DNA of 64,000 bases from Eutreptiella sp. 'Long Island Sound 2002'. Lineage: Eukaryota; Protista; Euglenida. A program made the translations under genes and the position numbers. Under the pieces are notes generated by a model. That model saw nothing but the letters and a program-made list of their open reading frames with translations. It was not told the origin of the DNA and did not search any database. The stretch lies in contig OZ038378.1 in assembly GCA_964036045.1 (NCBI GenBank), positions 180,854,001 through 180,918,000 on the forward strand, given 5' to 3'. Shown in pieces: positions 59,555-64,000 of this stretch. Each line of letters opens with the position of its first letter. Position 1 is the first letter of the stretch.

Positions 59555-59864
59555 AGGAGGAGGAGTAAGACTCTTCCTGCCCCCAGTCATTGGGAACGCA
59601 CTTCCATGACTCACTGCCGTGAGCTTGATGCAGTGGCGAGTCCTGACTCTTGAGGGAAAGTGTTTGCCCGGGTGCACACAGCATGCTGCTTTTGTACCAA
59701 ATATCGCGACTTTAGCCCCAGCTTTACCCTACCCTGGAGAAGCCCCCAAAGCAGACCAGAATCAACCCCAAACCCTTCCCTACAGAGCACACAACATAAG
59801 ACCAAAGCCATGAGTTTCACTTCCTCAACACATGTGACATACATTGTGCAAATAAACAGTTTTG

Positions 59865-60070
59865 CCCCCACAAGTGTGTGGATCAGTACACTTAGCACCA
59901 TCATTTTCATTACATTCACCACAAAGTGTGGTGGTGTGCATCTGGGAACACAATGCAAAAACGTCAGCCTCATCTGCTCCATCACCTTGCTTGCAGCTGA
60001 GTTGCTTGCATCATCAACAACAGTATTCGAAACATGAGGGGGGACGTGGTTGCATGGTCCATACATGGGG
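59865..60070 (-). pseudogene. Third remnant of the same transposase 3' end
   Basis: MYGPCNHVPPHV...(frameshift) DGADEADVFALCSQMHTTTLCGECNENDGAKCTDPHTCG. Confidence 0.5.
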
Positions 60071-62904
60071 TGACAGACCTGAAACTAAAACTGAAACTTA
60101 AATGGTTGCATAACCCCTGCGTTCTCAGGGTCTCCAGTGAAAAGAGTAATAACATGGGCTGGGCAACCTCAATAGCATCGGAAGAATGAGCAGATGAAAT
60201 CAAAGTAGCAGCGTGTCCGTTGGTGTCTTGATTTTCCACAGCAAAGAGGAATCAAAGTGGTTACATAAACCTGCCACCTTGGGGATCCAGCGCACGGTAG
60301 AAATGCATATTAAGGAGCATAGCCTTTGGTTGCTTAGTATAGTGTTGGTCAGAGGCATTTCAGCCTAAAGAGATGCCCGGCACTGGGCACGCACCCGGCA
60401 CACTAAGTTCCCTGTGAGTGCTTCTCAAACCTTTCGGCGACTAGTTCTGTGCTCCCCCAGTACTGACTGGAAGCACTTTCCCCAGTACTGACCGTTCTCA
60501 AACGGATCATGGGATTCGCTTAAATGTGGTTCCTCAGACCGGATCTTGTCACAGCCCTCTGAGGCAACCAGGCCTCACCAGTCCTCCCTCAGATCAGTTG
60601 CTGACTCCGTGTTGTGGGATCTTATGCAGCTGGGGTTCGACTTGGGACCAGGCCGAGTCCTACCGTGCTCCGTGCAGTGTGGGTGGGCAGGACACCGAAG
60701 TGGGATGCCCCGGAACACGGACATGGTCGTGCGTGCCCACACACACAAATATATACATAGACACACACACACATATATTCATCCAATTCTCCACACCAAG
60801 ACCACTGTGGAACATTTGAATGTCTGCGTGACGTTGGCGCTCAAGAATGTTGTTGCACACTCGGGGGGCACCATCTGGTCTTGATGCAAGACCTGCATAC
60901 ACCTGTATGCAGAATCTGTATACAGGGCATGCAACATTCTCAACACCTCAGGAGAAATGATGCCCTCCGACACCAGCCCAAATATGCTCCAAAACCAGCC
61001 AGCCACCAGCCAATGTGCACAGAAAAGAAGCAAAACAAAAAAATTGTGAATGCTTCACGTGACTTGAAGCAAGCCTGTATGCCATCATTCAGCATGTCTC
61101 GTGGCCAAGGCAAGAATTGCACTGCATTTACAGTTTAGAGCTGAGTGATTCCGCAATGGCATCATCCTCATAGGGGTGCTCATAGGAGGGACCAGGACAG
61201 CAAGCGCACATGCTTAAGAGGCATCATTTGTCATTGGGGACTATTCAATATGTATGAAAGCTCAGCACTTCAGCATCAAAACCACGGCTGCTGACAATAG
61301 TGGCTACCACTGTAGTACACAGTCCTGCCTCGTGTGGTCCAGTTCATGGATATGCTGGTTGTGAGACATCTGCAAGGAGCAAGGTGCATAAGCCTCTAAA
61401 CACAGGCCCATCATACCTTCAAGGCTTTCAAGAGTGGGTGAGAAATTGCCTCTTGTGCACCCCCCCCCCCATCCCCGTGCGAGAACGACAGTAAAACTAC
61501 AAAAATTGCGGAAACAAGTCGGTGTTGTTCTGACAAGGGGTTGTTCGCAAGAGGGGGGAAGGGCAGGGGGGGGAATTGGAGCATTGGAACTGGTTCTGTT
61601 GTTCTGCCACGTCCCCATCCCCATCCTTGACAACGCTGCTTGAATGCCTTCACTTTTACATGTAGTGCACAGGACCTCTTGCACGGATCCCATACTAAGG
61701 CATGAGTGCAAACACTCTGCCATGGCGGAGTGCCCCGCAGCTCAACAGGACCACAAATAGCGGTGCGGTCTTGCGCCAAATCCGCAGTCAGCGCCTGGGA
61801 CGTCACCGGCACCCTGAAATTCAGAAAAGGGTCTGACGCATTGTTGGACAAGGAGGGGGTCTGGAACAGTCATCAAGGGCCTTGCATCCAGTGCAAACTT
61901 TCTTCAGCCGTTGTGAACGCCCCAAGACCCCCTGTGGCACCGGATTTTACTGCGGTTCGTTTGAGCCCCCCCCCCCCCCCCGCAACACAATATTTTCCCT
62001 GCACCCTGTTGCCTCTGTCGCACCCCTCTGAAGTCCCCTGCTCATGAACAACGGCTGAATATGTCAGTGCCCAACACCAGCTCCCGCACATTGACCATTT
62101 TGGCCCCCATCTGAAGCCCCCATCCTGAGCCATTGGCGCCAACGGCGAGCGTTGAAAGTTGGCGCCGCAAAGTCTTCGCTCACCCGGCGGACGCAGATTG
62201 ATGAACACAAACCTTTTCCCGGTCTAGAGGCGCCCTCAAAGACGCCCTCGTTCCTGTCCAACTGCCGTCTGCTACCCTCGGCGGTCAAATGCGGTCGGTC
62301 CAGAGGTTGAAGCAACCGTCCCTGGCCCGACAGTATTGTGTGAATGAGTTGACCGGCCCCGGTGGTGTGTCGAGAGTGGGATGTTGATCCCACTGCTCAC
62401 TGCACTGTACAGTGCCCCGTAGCACCCACTCCCGCACAGGCGCCGGCAGAGGCTTCACGCGCCGTCAATCACACGGCCGTGAAGTGCGGAGGGTGCTCTC
62501 CACCACGTCTCATTTGAGAAGCGTAACACACGGCCCGATGGCTTGGGATCCATATCCAGCCCCCGTTTGCGCAGGAGGGCAGGTGTCTGGCCGTCCGCAG
62601 TCCAGCACAGCGTGACCAACGGACCCCCCTGGCCGCCTCCTGCACCGGATGCAATGATTCGACAAGTGCCCTGGCAGGCCCAATGTGTCATAGAATGCCT
62701 CTCCGTTCAGTCCCCTCACAGCCACGCCACATTGCCCGATCAACGCAAGGCCGGTCAAGGATGCACTTGAGGGGGGCTGGAGGCGGAAGGCGGAGTTCAA
62801 AAAACGGTTGCGGTTACTGGCGGTTGGAAAAGCAGCTGGGGTGGGTCTGGCGGTCGGTGCGCCGGTGGGCCGGTGGGGGTGGGGTGGCCCCTCGGCCGCT
62901 GTGA

Positions 62905-63941
62905 TCAGATCTGCGGGTTCTGCAGCAGCTCCTGGTCGTCGCTCTGCTGCAGGTCCATCACGCTGTCGTGGCCCTGCCCCAAGTGCCACGGCACCGGGTC
63001 CCCGACGGACGACGCGGACTCCGAGCCCCCGGGGGTGGGGCAGCACTCCGCACACGCCCGCAGCCCCGGGCCCCGCGGCCGGGCCAGGGGGCGGCGGGGC
63101 CGGTGGCGGCGCGCGGGGCAGAGGAGGTACAGCACGAGGCTGCCCAAGAGGAACGCCGCGGTCCCCACGTTCACGATCAGCATGTGCGGCCCGGCGCCGC
63201 AGCGCGACGGCGTGGAGTTGTACACGGCGATCTCGCACACGGAGAACGCCGCGAAGCTGCCGACGAACTTGCGGCGCAGGCGGTCGTGCCACGCGCCGCG
63301 CGCGCACAGCGCGGTCGTGTACGCCAGCATCCACAGGCCGCCCAGCAGCAGCTCCCCCCACAGCAGCAGCGGCACCAGCGGCGGGCACCGGTCCAGGCGG
63401 TCGCGGTCGCCCGCGAGGCACCGGCCGATCGTGAGCAGCTTCTCGGCCCAACAGCCCCAGACCAGGAACGGCAGCGCGGTCGTGGCGGGGCTTGGGAGAG
63501 CGTTGGGGTGCTGGGGCTCGGAGTCGAAAGGCTGCACGCGGAGGCTGCGCAGGTACTTCTTCCGCAGGGCCGCGCCCGACAGCGCCTCGGTGCAGATCTT
63601 CGACAGCACAAGGCCGTTGTCGGTGCCGATGGCCAGCAGGTACCCGTCGGTACCCGCCCCCGCCCCAGCGCCCCCCCCGCCCCCCGCGCCCCCCGCGCCG
63701 AAATCCGCGGGCAATGCGGTGCAGGCCAGGGCCCAGGCGCGGCCCATCTCCGGCACGCGGCAGTAGTAGGCCTTCTGCAGCGTGGCCTCCTGGGACACGA
63801 GGACGCTACCGTCCTCGGCCCCGCTGACGACGAGGTGCGGGATCAGGCACAGCGCCGTGATGGGCGCGTCGTGCGCCGGGAAAATGCGCAGCACCGCCGC
63901 CCGCCCGGGGGCGGAGGCGTCCCAGACGATGACCACCGCGT
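62905..63941 (-). CDS. Terminal exon of a WD40-repeat protein with C-terminal transmembrane segments (5' exons outside window)
   Basis: Acceptor ctctccacAG at 63943-63942. VIVWD...FPAHDAPITALCL...VVSGAEDGSVLV (WD40), LLAIGTDNGLV, then hydrophobic stretches LLLWGELLLGGLWMLAY, FVGSFAAFSV and LIVNVGTAAFLLGSLVLYLL. GC-rich codon usage like ECD. Confidence 0.8.
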
Positions 63942-64000
63942 CTGTGGAGAGCGTTGCAGAGGGTGGGCGGGGGCAAGAGTGCCGTGCGGGGCTGCAGAGG

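Overview
Eukaryotic, repeat-rich euglenid DNA. The assignment rests on a near-perfect euglenid spliced-leader (SL) exon at 5467-5492 (-), pyrimidine-tract/AG acceptors just upstream of start codons, a GT-AG intron, and all intact genes lying on the minus strand. The left half (~930-32406) is a tandem array of five intronless 1344-bp genes encoding identical 447-aa proteins. Each fuses an N-terminal PKA regulatory-subunit-type dimerization/docking (D/D, RIIa-like) domain to a complete opine (octopine/tauropine-type) dehydrogenase. This apparently anchorable, amplified NAD+-regenerating enzyme is the best candidate for an undescribed system. The spacers record the array's history: a 653-bp inversion, a 1.6-kb replacement carrying a retroposed SL tag, a higher-order duplication junction, a 2172-bp TIR element with an 8-bp TSD, and mosaic haplotypes. 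The right half holds a decayed P-element/THAP9-like transposase, a DUF3605/HIT-like gene, PIF/Harbinger remnants, MITEs, tRNA-derived heads, several satellites, a two-exon ecdysoneless (ECD) gene and the last exon of a WD40 + transmembrane gene. All family assignments come from motif recognition by eye; no searches were run.
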